Source of the DNA: a virus
Reading direction: 5' to 3' (one strand)
Virus genome (UHGV): UHGV-1355782
Length of the DNA stretch: 43,206 nucleotides
Shown: positions 1-7,754 of the stretch, in pieces
How the letters are laid out: every line of letters starts with the position of its first letter
Numbering within the stretch: position 1 is the first letter of the stretch
Notes under the pieces: generated by a model
The model's input: only the letters and a program-made list of their open reading frames with translations
What the model was told of the DNA's origin: nothing
The model's database searches: none
Position numbers and translations under genes: made by a program

Positions 1-24
1 TCAACCTGAACAAAGCCTCCGGTG

Positions 25-213
25 ATGGTCATGAAAGCGCCTGAACCAGTAGTGATTGATGGCGTCCTGTGGAAACCATACTCTGTTAACCATATCGACG
101 CCGACGGGAAGAAGTTTAGCTTCTACATTTTTGCGATTAGCCGTGAGCACGCAGCCTGTGTGGTCGACGATATACGAGAAACGGCGTGGTTAGGCGATGA
201 GATAGTGGGGTAG
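25..213 (+). CDS. hypothetical small protein
   Basis: ORF-track frame opens after TGA at 7-9; ATG at 25 or 31; first of a run of short plus-strand ORFs. Confidence 0.35.
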   Translation: MVMKAPEPVVIDGVLWKPYSVNHIDADGKKFSFYIFAISREHAACVVDDIRETAWLGDEIVG

Positions 214-215
214 TT

Positions 216-386
216 ATGTTCAGTGACATTAACGCAGCAATTGAAGAGGCAATCTGGCGTCGCTACAACGGCGAGCAGCAACGGCACTTCTGCCTGGTGC
301 AACGTGGGAACATGGTTTCCGTAGTGCAGGACCGCGATAATAAATATCCGAATGCGATGTGGACAACGAGGAATTTCTTAGGATGA
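216..386 (+). CDS. hypothetical protein (56 aa)
   Basis: ATG 216 right after stop of previous ORF; stop overlaps next start as ATGA at 383-386; below ORF-track size cutoff. Confidence 0.3.
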   Translation: MFSDINAAIEEAIWRRYNGEQQRHFCLVQRGNMVSVVQDRDNKYPNAMWTTRNFLG

Positions 387-619
387 TTACCAGCATTCCG
401 AACCTGATTAAAGAATATGGCACGATGGCGGAGACATGCCGACAAACCGGCATAAACGAAATGACGATTGCGAAGTATAGCAAAGACGTTGATTGCGAGC
501 GCCACGTAATTTATAACAATCGTCTGATGACGCACGTTAAAACAAGCCCGGTGTTATTCACGCGCCGCGGTATTACTAAAACTGAACAACGCATTGCTAA
601 AGGGGAGAGTGGGGAATGA
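383..619 (+). CDS. hypothetical protein, possible HTH DNA-binding
   Basis: ATG 383 coupled by ATGA to upstream ORF; RBS GAGGAA upstream; HTH-like segment TGINEMTIAKYSK. Confidence 0.4.
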   Translation: MITSIPNLIKEYGTMAETCRQTGINEMTIAKYSKDVDCERHVIYNNRLMTHVKTSPVLFTRRGITKTEQRIAKGESGE

Positions 620-795
620 TTATCTTGAAATTACTTAATAACATCGGTGACCTGGTGTTTTGGCTGGCGTTTCTAGTAGCTTTCACTGCCTACAGTGATG
701 TATTTTACAATTTGCCACGGTATATCTGGTGGCCCATGGTTTTAGGCATGGGGCTATCTGGTATCGCAGGCATCCTTTTGTGGTTCTTCAAATGA
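616..795 (+). CDS. small membrane protein (59 aa, two hydrophobic segments)
   Basis: ATG 616 overlaps stop of previous gene (ATGA); hydrophobic translation MIILKLLNNIGDLVFWLAFLVAF...; followed by terminator. Confidence 0.35.
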   Translation: MIILKLLNNIGDLVFWLAFLVAFTAYSDVFYNLPRYIWWPMVLGMGLSGIAGILLWFFK

Positions 796-898
796 GACTA
801 CTAATCATACCTAACGCTTGGGTTATCGCCGTAGCCAACGACCATTATGGCGGCGATGGTAAAAGAGCACCACGACACGGCCTATATAACTGATACAA

Positions 899-918
899 GC
901 CCTCTACGGAGGGCTTTT
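899..918 (+). terminator. rho-independent terminator
   Basis: hairpin GCCCTC-tacg-GAGGGC followed by TTTT. Confidence 0.6.
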
Positions 919-919
919 C

Positions 920-949
920 TGTACATACAGCCCAATCCCCTTATATAAT
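920..949 (+). promoter_or_regulatory. putative sigma70-type promoter upstream of terS
   Basis: TATAAT at 944-949 with weak -35 (TGTACA/GTACAT) 17-18 bp upstream. Confidence 0.3.
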
Positions 950-1014
950 CCCTTTAGACGCGTAGGGCGCGTCTGGTGCGCTCTGATGGTCAGACGCATA
1001 TGCAAGGGGATTCT

Positions 1015-1524
1015 ATGAAGCTGAAACTCAAGCAGCCATCGCCAGAGGTGGTGCAAGCTGCACATGAAGAAGCTGTTAGCGCAAACCGTCGCCGTAAACG
1101 ACCGCGCGGCAAACAGAGCCTTTATCAATCATCCCGTAATTCCGCCGCGCTGTGGGACCCGGACTATTGTGACGAATTAATCGAGTTCTTCGACCGCACG
1201 TCGTGGGAGCTTGTGCCTACGTCTAAGGGTGACGAACGCCCACTGATTCAGGATAAACCACCGTCACTGGCCCGCTTCGCACTACACATCGGCGTCACTA
1301 TCCCAATTATTAAGCTGTGGCTGCGCGAGATTCCTGCATTTGCAGAAGCCTGGGAGACAGCCCAGGCACTGGAAGAGGCCTATTTCACTGAGACAGGAGC
1401 CGCTGGCATCTCTGCTACGTTTGCCGCAGCTAAGCTGGGGTTGAATAAAACTGTTACCGCCGAAGAAGTACGTGACGAGCCAATCAGTGAAGTAACCATT
1501 AAGGTGGTGTCCGGTGAACGTTAA
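1015..1524 (+). CDS. terminase small subunit (putative)
   Basis: position immediately upstream of terL with overlapping stop/start; basic N-terminus RRRKRPRGK; RBS AAGGGGA before ATG 1015 (ORF track starts 976). Confidence 0.5.
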   Translation: MKLKLKQPSPEVVQAAHEEAVSANRRRKRPRGKQSLYQSSRNSAALWDPDYCDELIEFFDRTSWELVPTSKGDERPLIQDKPPSLARFALHIGVTIPIIKLWLREIPAFAEAWETAQALEEAYFTETGAAGISATFAAAKLGLNKTVTAEEVRDEPISEVTIKVVSGER

Positions 1525-2785
1525 TATCACGGCAACGGAACCGCAAGGCGCGTTTCTCGGCATGCATTGCAAGTTCCCTGCCTTCGTAGCGGGCTTCGGT
1601 ACGGGTAAATCCGAAGTTATGTGTAACTCTGCACTACTCGACAGCATGGAAGGTGGTAGCGATTCTATCATTGCCATGTATGAGCCGACCTATGACCTTG
1701 TACGCCTTATCCTTGCTCCCCGTATGGAAGAGAAGCTGACAGACTGGGGTATCCGGTACAAATACAACAAGTCTGACAACATAATATATACGTCATCCGG
1801 ACAATTCGGGGATTTTGTTCTGCGTACGCTTGATAACCCCGCACGAATCGTTGGCTACGAATCGTTTCGGGCAAAAATCGACGAGTTAGATACCCTTAAC
1901 ATGGAGCACGCAGAACACGCGTGGAACAAAGTCATCGCCCGTAACCGCCAGTTACCACGGACATATAAACCTATTACGCCAAAACCGGCTAACACCGTTT
2001 CCGTGTTCACTACGCCGGAAGGATTCCGTTTCGTGCATGACCGCTGGGTTGTTAAAAAGAATCCTGGTTACGAGATGATTCAGGCGTCCACCCTGTCTAA
2101 CCCGTTCCTGCCAGAAGATTATGTGCAGTCCTTACGAGATACCTACCCCGGGCAATTGATTGATGCTTACATTAACGGCGAGTTCGTAAACCTCACGGCG
2201 GGGACGGTCTACTACGCTTACGACCGCAGGAAAAACAGCAGCCGCGAAACAATCAAGCCTGGCGAGACTCTGTATATTGGGCAGGACTTTAACGTAGGGC
2301 ACATGGCGAGCACAGTTTACGTGCAACGCGGTAAGGTCTGGCACGCGGTTGCCGAGTTGGTGGATATGTTCGATACGCCGGATGTAGTGCGGGCCATAAC
2401 CGAGCGCTGGAAAAGTAAGGGCCACTATATCGTTATGTACCCGGACGCCAGCGGCAAGAACCGTAAAAGCAACAACGCCAGTACATCCGATATTGCTCAG
2501 TTACAGCAGGCCGGGTTCGAAGTGCGTGCAAAATCGACAAACCCACCGGTTAAAGACCGCGTATCGGCGATGAATAAGGCGCTTGAATCTGGTATGGTCA
2601 TGATTAACGAGCAGGCTTGTCCGGTTACGGCGCGATGTCTCGAGCAACAGGCTTACGACAAGAACGGCGAACCGGATAAATCAGGTGGTGTGGACCACCA
2701 GAATGATGGAACCACATACCCTATCGCGTATGAAATGCCGATTCGCAAACCAGTTATTAACGTCCCGGTGACTTTCGCACTTTAA
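1514..2785 (+). CDS. terminase large subunit
   Basis: 423 aa; Walker A-like FAGFGTGKSEV near N-terminus; GTG start with RBS AAGGTGGTG; size and position typical of PBSX/Terminase_3-type TerL. Confidence 0.85.
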   Translation: MNVNITATEPQGAFLGMHCKFPAFVAGFGTGKSEVMCNSALLDSMEGGSDSIIAMYEPTYDLVRLILAPRMEEKLTDWGIRYKYNKSDNIIYTSSGQFGDFVLRTLDNPARIVGYESFRAKIDELDTLNMEHAEHAWNKVIARNRQLPRTYKPITPKPANTVSVFTTPEGFRFVHDRWVVKKNPGYEMIQASTLSNPFLPEDYVQSLRDTYPGQLIDAYINGEFVNLTAGTVYYAYDRRKNSSRETIKPGETLYIGQDFNVGHMASTVYVQRGKVWHAVAELVDMFDTPDVVRAITERWKSKGHYIVMYPDASGKNRKSNNASTSDIAQLQQAGFEVRAKSTNPPVKDRVSAMNKALESGMVMINEQACPVTARCLEQQAYDKNGEPDKSGGVDHQNDGTTYPIAYEMPIRKPVINVPVTFAL

Positions 2786-2797
2786 GAGGATTATTCA

Positions 2798-4273
2798 ATG
2801 TTAACTATGAACGGTCAGAATCAGGGTGTTAAGACAAAACACCGGGAATGGCTGCATCACTTCGATAAATGGCAGAAGGTACGCCACGCACTGGAAGGCG
2901 ACCTTATTCGCTATCTTCGCAACGTCGGGAAGAACGAACCGGACCCGGCCTACGCAGCACAGCGCCAGGAAGAATACGAGAACGGCGCTATCTGCTACAA
3001 CTTCACTAAGAGAACGCTGGCGGGGATGGTCGGGTCCGTAATGCGCAAAGACCCCGAGCAAATTATCCCGCCTGAACTGGAGTACCTGCTACGCAATGCC
3101 GATGGTTCCGGCGTCGGGCTGTGGCAGCACGCGCAGGATACGTTAATGGAGATTGACTCGGTGGGCCGTGGTGGGTTGCTGGTGGACGCCCCGGAGACGG
3201 CCGCGGCAACGGCGGCAGAGCAGAACGCGGGATTATTAAACCCGGTCATCGCATTCTACACCGCAGAGAACATCATCAACTGGCGGCTGACTCGCGTCGG
3301 TTCTGTTAACCGCGTGACGATGGTCGTGTTGCGTGAGGCATGGGAATACTCGGAACCTGGTGCAGAGTTTGAAACAAAGTTCGGCGAGCAGTATCGCGTT
3401 CTCGATTTGATTGACGGACGCTACCGCCAGCGCATTTACCGCTTCGATGCCGAAGGTGGTGCACAGGGCCAAGTAATCGAAATCTTCCCGGAACTTGGCG
3501 AACAGTTGCGCGGCAAAATCCCGTTCACGTTCATTGGGGCAAGCAACAACGATGCAACCATTGACGACGCACCTTTGCTGCCGTTGGCTGAACTTAATAT
3601 CGGGCATTTCCGTAATAGCGCGGACAATGAGGAGTCCAGCTTCGTTGTTGGGCAACCAACTCTGTTCATTGCCCCCGGCGATAACATGAGCATGGAGCAG
3701 TGGAAAGAAGCCAACCCGCACGGCGTGCGCATGGGGTCGCGTTCAGGCCATAACATCGGGTACGGCGGCAATGCGTTTCTGGTTCAGGCGGGAGAGAACA
3801 ACCTGGCTAAGCAGAATATGCTGGATAAGGAGAACCAGGCCATCCAGATTGGTGCTCAGCTTATCACCCCTACACAGCAAATCACCGCTGAATCGGCCCG
3901 CCTACAACGCGGCGCGGATACGTCCGTTATGGCAACAATCGCACGGAACGTAAGCATGGCGTACACCGATGCGTTGCGCTGGGCGGCGGCGATGCTTGGG
4001 CTACGTGAAGGCACAGAAATTGAGTTCAAGCTGAATATGGAGTTCTTCCTGCAACCGATGACTGCGCAAGACCGTGCTCAGTGGATGGCAGACATTAACG
4101 CAGGCCTGCTACCAGCTACCGCTTACTACGCGGCGTTGCGTAAGGCGGGGGTGACTGACTGGACCGACGAGGACATCCAGAATGCTATCGAGGATGCGCC
4201 TCTGCCGTTGGTTACACAGACTACCGGGGAGATTCCGGCTACAGCGCAGCAGGATGAAGAGGCGGAGCAATGA
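2798..4273 (+). CDS. portal protein
   Basis: 491 aa directly downstream of terL; RBS AAGAGGA; acidic C-terminal tail; synteny. Confidence 0.8.
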   Translation: MLTMNGQNQGVKTKHREWLHHFDKWQKVRHALEGDLIRYLRNVGKNEPDPAYAAQRQEEYENGAICYNFTKRTLAGMVGSVMRKDPEQIIPPELEYLLRNADGSGVGLWQHAQDTLMEIDSVGRGGLLVDAPETAAATAAEQNAGLLNPVIAFYTAENIINWRLTRVGSVNRVTMVVLREAWEYSEPGAEFETKFGEQYRVLDLIDGRYRQRIYRFDAEGGAQGQVIEIFPELGEQLRGKIPFTFIGASNNDATIDDAPLLPLAELNIGHFRNSADNEESSFVVGQPTLFIAPGDNMSMEQWKEANPHGVRMGSRSGHNIGYGGNAFLVQAGENNLAKQNMLDKENQAIQIGAQLITPTQQITAESARLQRGADTSVMATIARNVSMAYTDALRWAAAMLGLREGTEIEFKLNMEFFLQPMTAQDRAQWMADINAGLLPATAYYAALRKAGVTDWTDEDIQNAIEDAPLPLVTQTTGEIPATAQQDEEAEQ

Positions 4274-5325
4274 GCCAGCTATCGCAGATGATTATCAGCC
4301 ATCAAATATGGCTACAGAGACTCGGAACGCAAACAGCGTCGCTGTCCGTCCCCTTCGTCAATAAGATGCGGGCTGAGGTGCGCGACGCGGTGCTTAGGTT
4401 CGGTGACGACGCGCGAACAGTGAAGAAGCTGAATAAAATGCTGGCAAGCCTGGATGGCGTCCTGGATGACGTCACCAGCGACTGGAAGAGCACGATAGAG
4501 AAGAGCCTGCGCGAGATTGCCGACTACGAGAATAAGTGGTTTATCCATACGCTGGGGGCCAACACGAAGCCAAAAACGTTCATTACTGGACCTACGGCTG
4601 AAGAACTGTGGTCGCGTATCAAGTTCGCACCACTGGCGCTGGGTAACGCACCTGTTGGCGTTATGGACCTGATGTCCGGTTGGGCGCAGACTGAGCGTAA
4701 CCGCCTTGTGCGTGGCGTACAGACCGGCTTTGTGCAGGGACAGACAACCCGCCAGATTGTCTCTGCCGTTGCAGGCCCTGGCGGCCTGGCTGATATCTCT
4801 GAGCGCAACGTAATGACGGTAGTCCGAACAGCAGTGAGCCACGTATCGAACACGGCGCGAGATTCTGTGTACGACAGCAACAGCGATATTGTGCGCAAAT
4901 ATCAGTGGGTATCTACGCTCGACAGCCGCACTTCGACTGTATGTAAGTCGCGCGACGGCCAGAAATATGACGTAGGTAGAGGGCCTATGCCCCCTGCACA
5001 CCCAAACTGCCGCAGTACCACTATCCCGGTAATCGAAGATGACTTCCTGGACTTTCTAGACGAGGGGGCTAAGCGGGCGGCTAAGGGCGCAGACGGCGGT
5101 ACTCAGGTAAGCGCAGATACAACCTATTACGAGTTCCTGAAACAACAGCCTGCATGGTTTCAGGACCAGGCTCTAGGACCTGTTCGCGGTAAGATTTTCC
5201 GCAACAGCGGTATATCGCCGGAAGAGTTTCGCGTAATATCTGTAGATGGTTTCGGGAACCCGCTCACGCTTAAGCAGATGGCGGAACTCGATAAACGTGT
5301 TGCTGATTATCTGAAAGGGGAATAA
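4270..5325 (+). CDS. head morphogenesis protein (Mu F / SPP1 gp7-like)
   Basis: ATGA coupling to portal; Phage_Mu_F-type motif ...TVCKSRDG...PPAHPNCRST. Confidence 0.8.
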   Translation: MSQLSQMIISHQIWLQRLGTQTASLSVPFVNKMRAEVRDAVLRFGDDARTVKKLNKMLASLDGVLDDVTSDWKSTIEKSLREIADYENKWFIHTLGANTKPKTFITGPTAEELWSRIKFAPLALGNAPVGVMDLMSGWAQTERNRLVRGVQTGFVQGQTTRQIVSAVAGPGGLADISERNVMTVVRTAVSHVSNTARDSVYDSNSDIVRKYQWVSTLDSRTSTVCKSRDGQKYDVGRGPMPPAHPNCRSTTIPVIEDDFLDFLDEGAKRAAKGADGGTQVSADTTYYEFLKQQPAWFQDQALGPVRGKIFRNSGISPEEFRVISVDGFGNPLTLKQMAELDKRVADYLKGE

Positions 5326-5786
5326 TGATGGGCTTTTTCAAAATTACTGATGTACCGTCGCGTCGCGTAGTCCAGTTTGCCCGTGTGTCTGGCTCTGGCG
5401 AGAACGTGGTGTTTATTGAGGATGAAAGTGAACTGGGTACGCCGGTAGATGATATGCCGTTTGCGGACAAGACTGGTATTGCGCTGCCCGCGGCGGGCAT
5501 GCTATATGAGATTCCGTATCTGGCTGACGCGGGCGATGTGTATTTCTCTGCGCAACCAAAAGACACTGAACTGACCGACGGCAGCGCAACTATCGCTGTC
5601 GAAGTTAAGGCGGGCAAAGCGCCGTATGTGCTGACCTGGTACAAAGACGGCAAAGAAGTGGTAAACGCCCCGGAAGAGGCCTTGTCTCTGACTGTTAACG
5701 CAGTTGGTGAATACTTCGTTAAAGTTACTGATGCCGATGGTGTAGAGGCGGTAAGCAAAGCGGCGAAGGTCACTAAGCCAGAATGA
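5325..5786 (+). CDS. Ig-like domain protein (possible capsid decoration/accessory)
   Basis: C-terminal Ig-like segment YVLTWYKDGKEV...GEYFVKVTDADG; RBS AAAGGGGA. Confidence 0.4.
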   Translation: MMGFFKITDVPSRRVVQFARVSGSGENVVFIEDESELGTPVDDMPFADKTGIALPAAGMLYEIPYLADAGDVYFSAQPKDTELTDGSATIAVEVKAGKAPYVLTWYKDGKEVVNAPEEALSLTVNAVGEYFVKVTDADGVEAVSKAAKVTKPE

Positions 5787-5789
5787 TAA

Positions 5790-5816
5790 AAGGCCCCTTA
5801 CGGGGCCTTAGTTTTA
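5790..5816. terminator. bidirectional rho-independent terminator
   Basis: AAGGCCCC-ttac-GGGGCCTT with T-run on plus strand and A-run upstream (T-run on minus strand). Confidence 0.7.
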
Positions 5817-6098
5817 TTGCTTTCCTAATGCTTTCTTAATTGCTCTGCTGGCCTGATTTAATGGATGGTCTTCATGGCAATCATCGGAGGATACCTCGCA
5901 AACATCCTCGACGTAATCGCGAAGCTGGCGAAGTGCTTCGAGTAACTCTGGTGCCGAGGAAATAAGTTTTGCGTTAGCCAATTTTACTGAGTCATTTTCC
6001 CGCACACTCATTACCTCGGCCACATAAACATGTCCTGCCCAGATAGCCGTTCCGCGATTAACCCATGCACCGTCTGTACCTTTAAATTTGTGTGTCAT
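5814..6098 (-). CDS. hypothetical protein (94 aa), moron-like
   Basis: ATG 6098 with RBS AGGAG 7 nt upstream on minus strand; own operator-containing promoter; ends at bidirectional terminator. Confidence 0.5.
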   Translation of the reverse strand: MTHKFKGTDGAWVNRGTAIWAGHVYVAEVMSVRENDSVKLANAKLISSAPELLEALRQLRDYVEDVCEVSSDDCHEDHPLNQASRAIKKALGKQ

Positions 6099-6125
6099 TT
6101 TCCATCTCCTGTTTAAGTTAACTGA

Positions 6126-6154
6126 ATAGTACCCTATTATATTGGTGTGTGCAA
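6126..6154 (-). promoter_or_regulatory. class-1 promoter TTGCAC-N17-TACTAT with embedded palindromic operator (6124-6139)
   Basis: minus-strand -35 TTGCAC, 17-bp spacer, -10 TACTAT; spacer carries TAATAG-N4-CTATTC; same element at 15189, 37750, 39057. Confidence 0.5.
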
Positions 6155-6220
6155 ACTATTTGTTTACGTATTCCTGTTATTCCACCTAATTGTAAATGTT
6201 GGAATAAACTATTCGAATAG

Positions 6221-6249
6221 TTGACTTTTCACTAAAAATGTGCTAAGCT
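6221..6249 (+). promoter_or_regulatory. strong sigma70-type promoter (TTGACT-N17-TGnTAAGCT) driving structured leader RNA copy A
   Basis: -35 TTGACT 6221-6226, extended -10 TG-c-TAAGCT 6242-6249; near-identical promoter at 37441. Confidence 0.55.
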
Positions 6250-6253
6250 CCAC

Positions 6254-6363
6254 CTGAGCTTGTGAAGTATGAACAAGCGACCGCGGCGCGGGCAGGTAAC
6301 GGAGCGGGACGTAAGTCCTGAGTGTAGTTACGCTGACGCGTTCGGAAGGGCCATAGTCTATTG
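6254..6363 (+). ncRNA. conserved promoter-proximal structured RNA element, copy A (candidate cis-acting leader or small RNA)
   Basis: no ORF; about 110 nt highly similar to 37473-37584; conserved stem GCTTGT/ACAAGC; hairpin GGGAC-gtaa-GTCCT replaced by GTGCC-atta-GGCAC in copy B. Confidence 0.35.
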
Positions 6364-6429
6364 CTTGTGTAAAAAGTAACTGGTTTACGGAGATTACGCC
6401 GTTTCTATGTTTAAATGATAAGGACTAGC

Positions 6430-6449
6430 GCCCCGCTTTAAGGCGGGGC
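6430..6449 (+). promoter_or_regulatory. GC-rich hairpin (weak intrinsic terminator/attenuator) between leader RNA and spanin RBS
   Basis: GCCCCGC-tttaag-GCGGGGC followed by short TTTACTT. Confidence 0.3.
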
Positions 6450-6473
6450 TTTACTTATCGAGAAAGGAGAAAC

Positions 6474-6860
6474 ATGAATCTTAAAGCAACTGTCGTAGCG
6501 GGAGCATGTTTCATCATCCTGGCCTACGCACACGGCATCTACCAGTATCGCAGCGGCTGGGGCGAAGGCCGCGCTAATCTCGTTTCGCAGCAACAGCAGA
6601 AAGCACAGGCTGAGTTAGCGAAGAAAACACAACGGCAGCAGCAGGACGAATCGAAGGCCGCAGCCGCTGACAACGAAGGCAAGACGAAATCGGAGGTGAT
6701 TACCCGTGAAGTCGTTAAGTACATTAAAACGCCTGGCCGCAGCGTGTGCACTTTCGACGATGCTCGCGTCCTGCTCAAGTCCCGCGCTGTCACCAACGCC
6801 AATTCCATCCCCGGATACGACGATGATGCAGCCGCCGTGCAAACTGGCGCTGCCAAGTAG
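6474..6860 (+). CDS. i-spanin (Rz-like)
   Basis: N-terminal TM segment LKATVVAGACFIILAYAHGIY, Q/A/E/K-rich coiled-coil periplasmic region; RBS AAAGGAG; o-spanin overlaps in another frame. Confidence 0.65.
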   Translation: MNLKATVVAGACFIILAYAHGIYQYRSGWGEGRANLVSQQQQKAQAELAKKTQRQQQDESKAAAADNEGKTKSEVITREVVKYIKTPGRSVCTFDDARVLLKSRAVTNANSIPGYDDDAAAVQTGAAK

Positions 6861-6969
6861 CGACTCGGACGAGGATTTAGCTATCGACGTTCAGAACGCT
6901 GAATGCATACGGCAACTAAGACTGAAAGTGTTCATGCTGCAGGATTACGTGAGGAATATTCTGGAATAG
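6706..6969 (+). CDS. o-spanin (Rz1-like lipoprotein), overlapping i-spanin in +1 frame
   Basis: GTG start with strong RBS GGAGGTGA; lipoprotein signal with lipobox LASC; proline-rich mature region. Confidence 0.65.
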   Translation: MKSLSTLKRLAAACALSTMLASCSSPALSPTPIPSPDTTMMQPPCKLALPSSDSDEDLAIDVQNAECIRQLRLKVFMLQDYVRNILE

Positions 6970-7050
6970 TTGCCTTGCATGTTGGAATAATTTATTCTTG
7001 ACATGTAAATCCGGGGGGCCGGGTTCCAACGTCCAGGGGACATACTGACT

Positions 7051-7752
7051 ATGAATCGTTTTTTACGTTACCCGTTCCAGGAAGAAGCTGGGGCAGAAGA
7101 TAAAGCTGGCGGCGGTGGCGCGCCAAAAATGTTCACCGCTGAAGAAGTTCAGGCGCTGATTGAGAAAGAAGTTGCCGGGCTTAAGGCCAATCAGGAAGCA
7201 TTGCTGGCGGAGAAAAAAGAAGCCGCCCGTAAAGCAAAAGAGGCCGAAGAAGAACGGCAGCGCGCGCACCAGGAGGCATTAAAAGCTGCTGGTAAGATGG
7301 ACGAGTTCGAAAAGACGATTCGTAGCCAGTATGACCCGGTGTTAGCTGAGAAAGATGGTCGTATCTCCAGAATGGCAGAGCGCATCCTCGGCAGCGAACG
7401 TAAAGCGGTGTTAGGTTCTTTCGCAGGTGACTTTATCACCCCGGAAGCAGTGGACATTCTTGCACCGTTCGTTAAGACTGAGTTCGAAGGCGATGACGTG
7501 GTTACTAAGTTTGTTGGCGCAGATGGCAACGTAATCACGACTGACACGGAACAGTTCCGCAAATACCTGCGCGAACACAAAGCGTTTTCGCATTTGATTA
7601 AAGCAAATGCAGCTTCCGGCGGCGGGGCTTCCGGTAGCAAAGGCGGCGGGGCCGCACCAGCGTTTAAAGACATGAGTGAAGCAGAGCGTTTAGCCCTGCA
7701 TAAATCGAACCCTGCCGAATTTGAACGGCAACTTAAAGCCCTGAGGAAATAA
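7051..7752 (+). CDS. scaffolding protein (putative)
   Basis: 233 aa, Ala/Glu/Lys-rich coiled-coil, immediately upstream of major capsid gene. Confidence 0.6.
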   Translation: MNRFLRYPFQEEAGAEDKAGGGGAPKMFTAEEVQALIEKEVAGLKANQEALLAEKKEAARKAKEAEEERQRAHQEALKAAGKMDEFEKTIRSQYDPVLAEKDGRISRMAERILGSERKAVLGSFAGDFITPEAVDILAPFVKTEFEGDDVVTKFVGADGNVITTDTEQFRKYLREHKAFSHLIKANAASGGGASGSKGGGAAPAFKDMSEAERLALHKSNPAEFERQLKALRK

Positions 7753-7754
7753 TA

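Noticed and set aside
4312-5001. Minus-strand ORF (229 aa) inside the head morphogenesis gene, and similar antisense ORFs at 3236-3721 and 11767-12420
   Set aside because: Embedded antisense to well-supported genes; no independent start signals
6266-6319. Short ORF (17 codons, MNKRPRRGQVTERDVSP) inside leader copy A
   Set aside because: Copy B has no start codon at the equivalent position, so conservation is at the RNA level, not the peptide level
6254-6363. Possibility that the conserved leader is a hammerhead-type self-cleaving ribozyme or a tRNA-like element
   Set aside because: The CUGAGUG segment does not match the hammerhead core CUGANGA and no GAAA/stem arrangement fits; no cloverleaf with T-loop or anticodon arm could be drawn
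6975-7003. TTGCAT and TTGACA hexamers upstream of the scaffold gene as a promoter
   Set aside because: No acceptable -10 hexamer at 16-18 bp spacing from either hexamer; only the partial repeat TGTTGGAATAA shared with 6197-6208 is noteworthy
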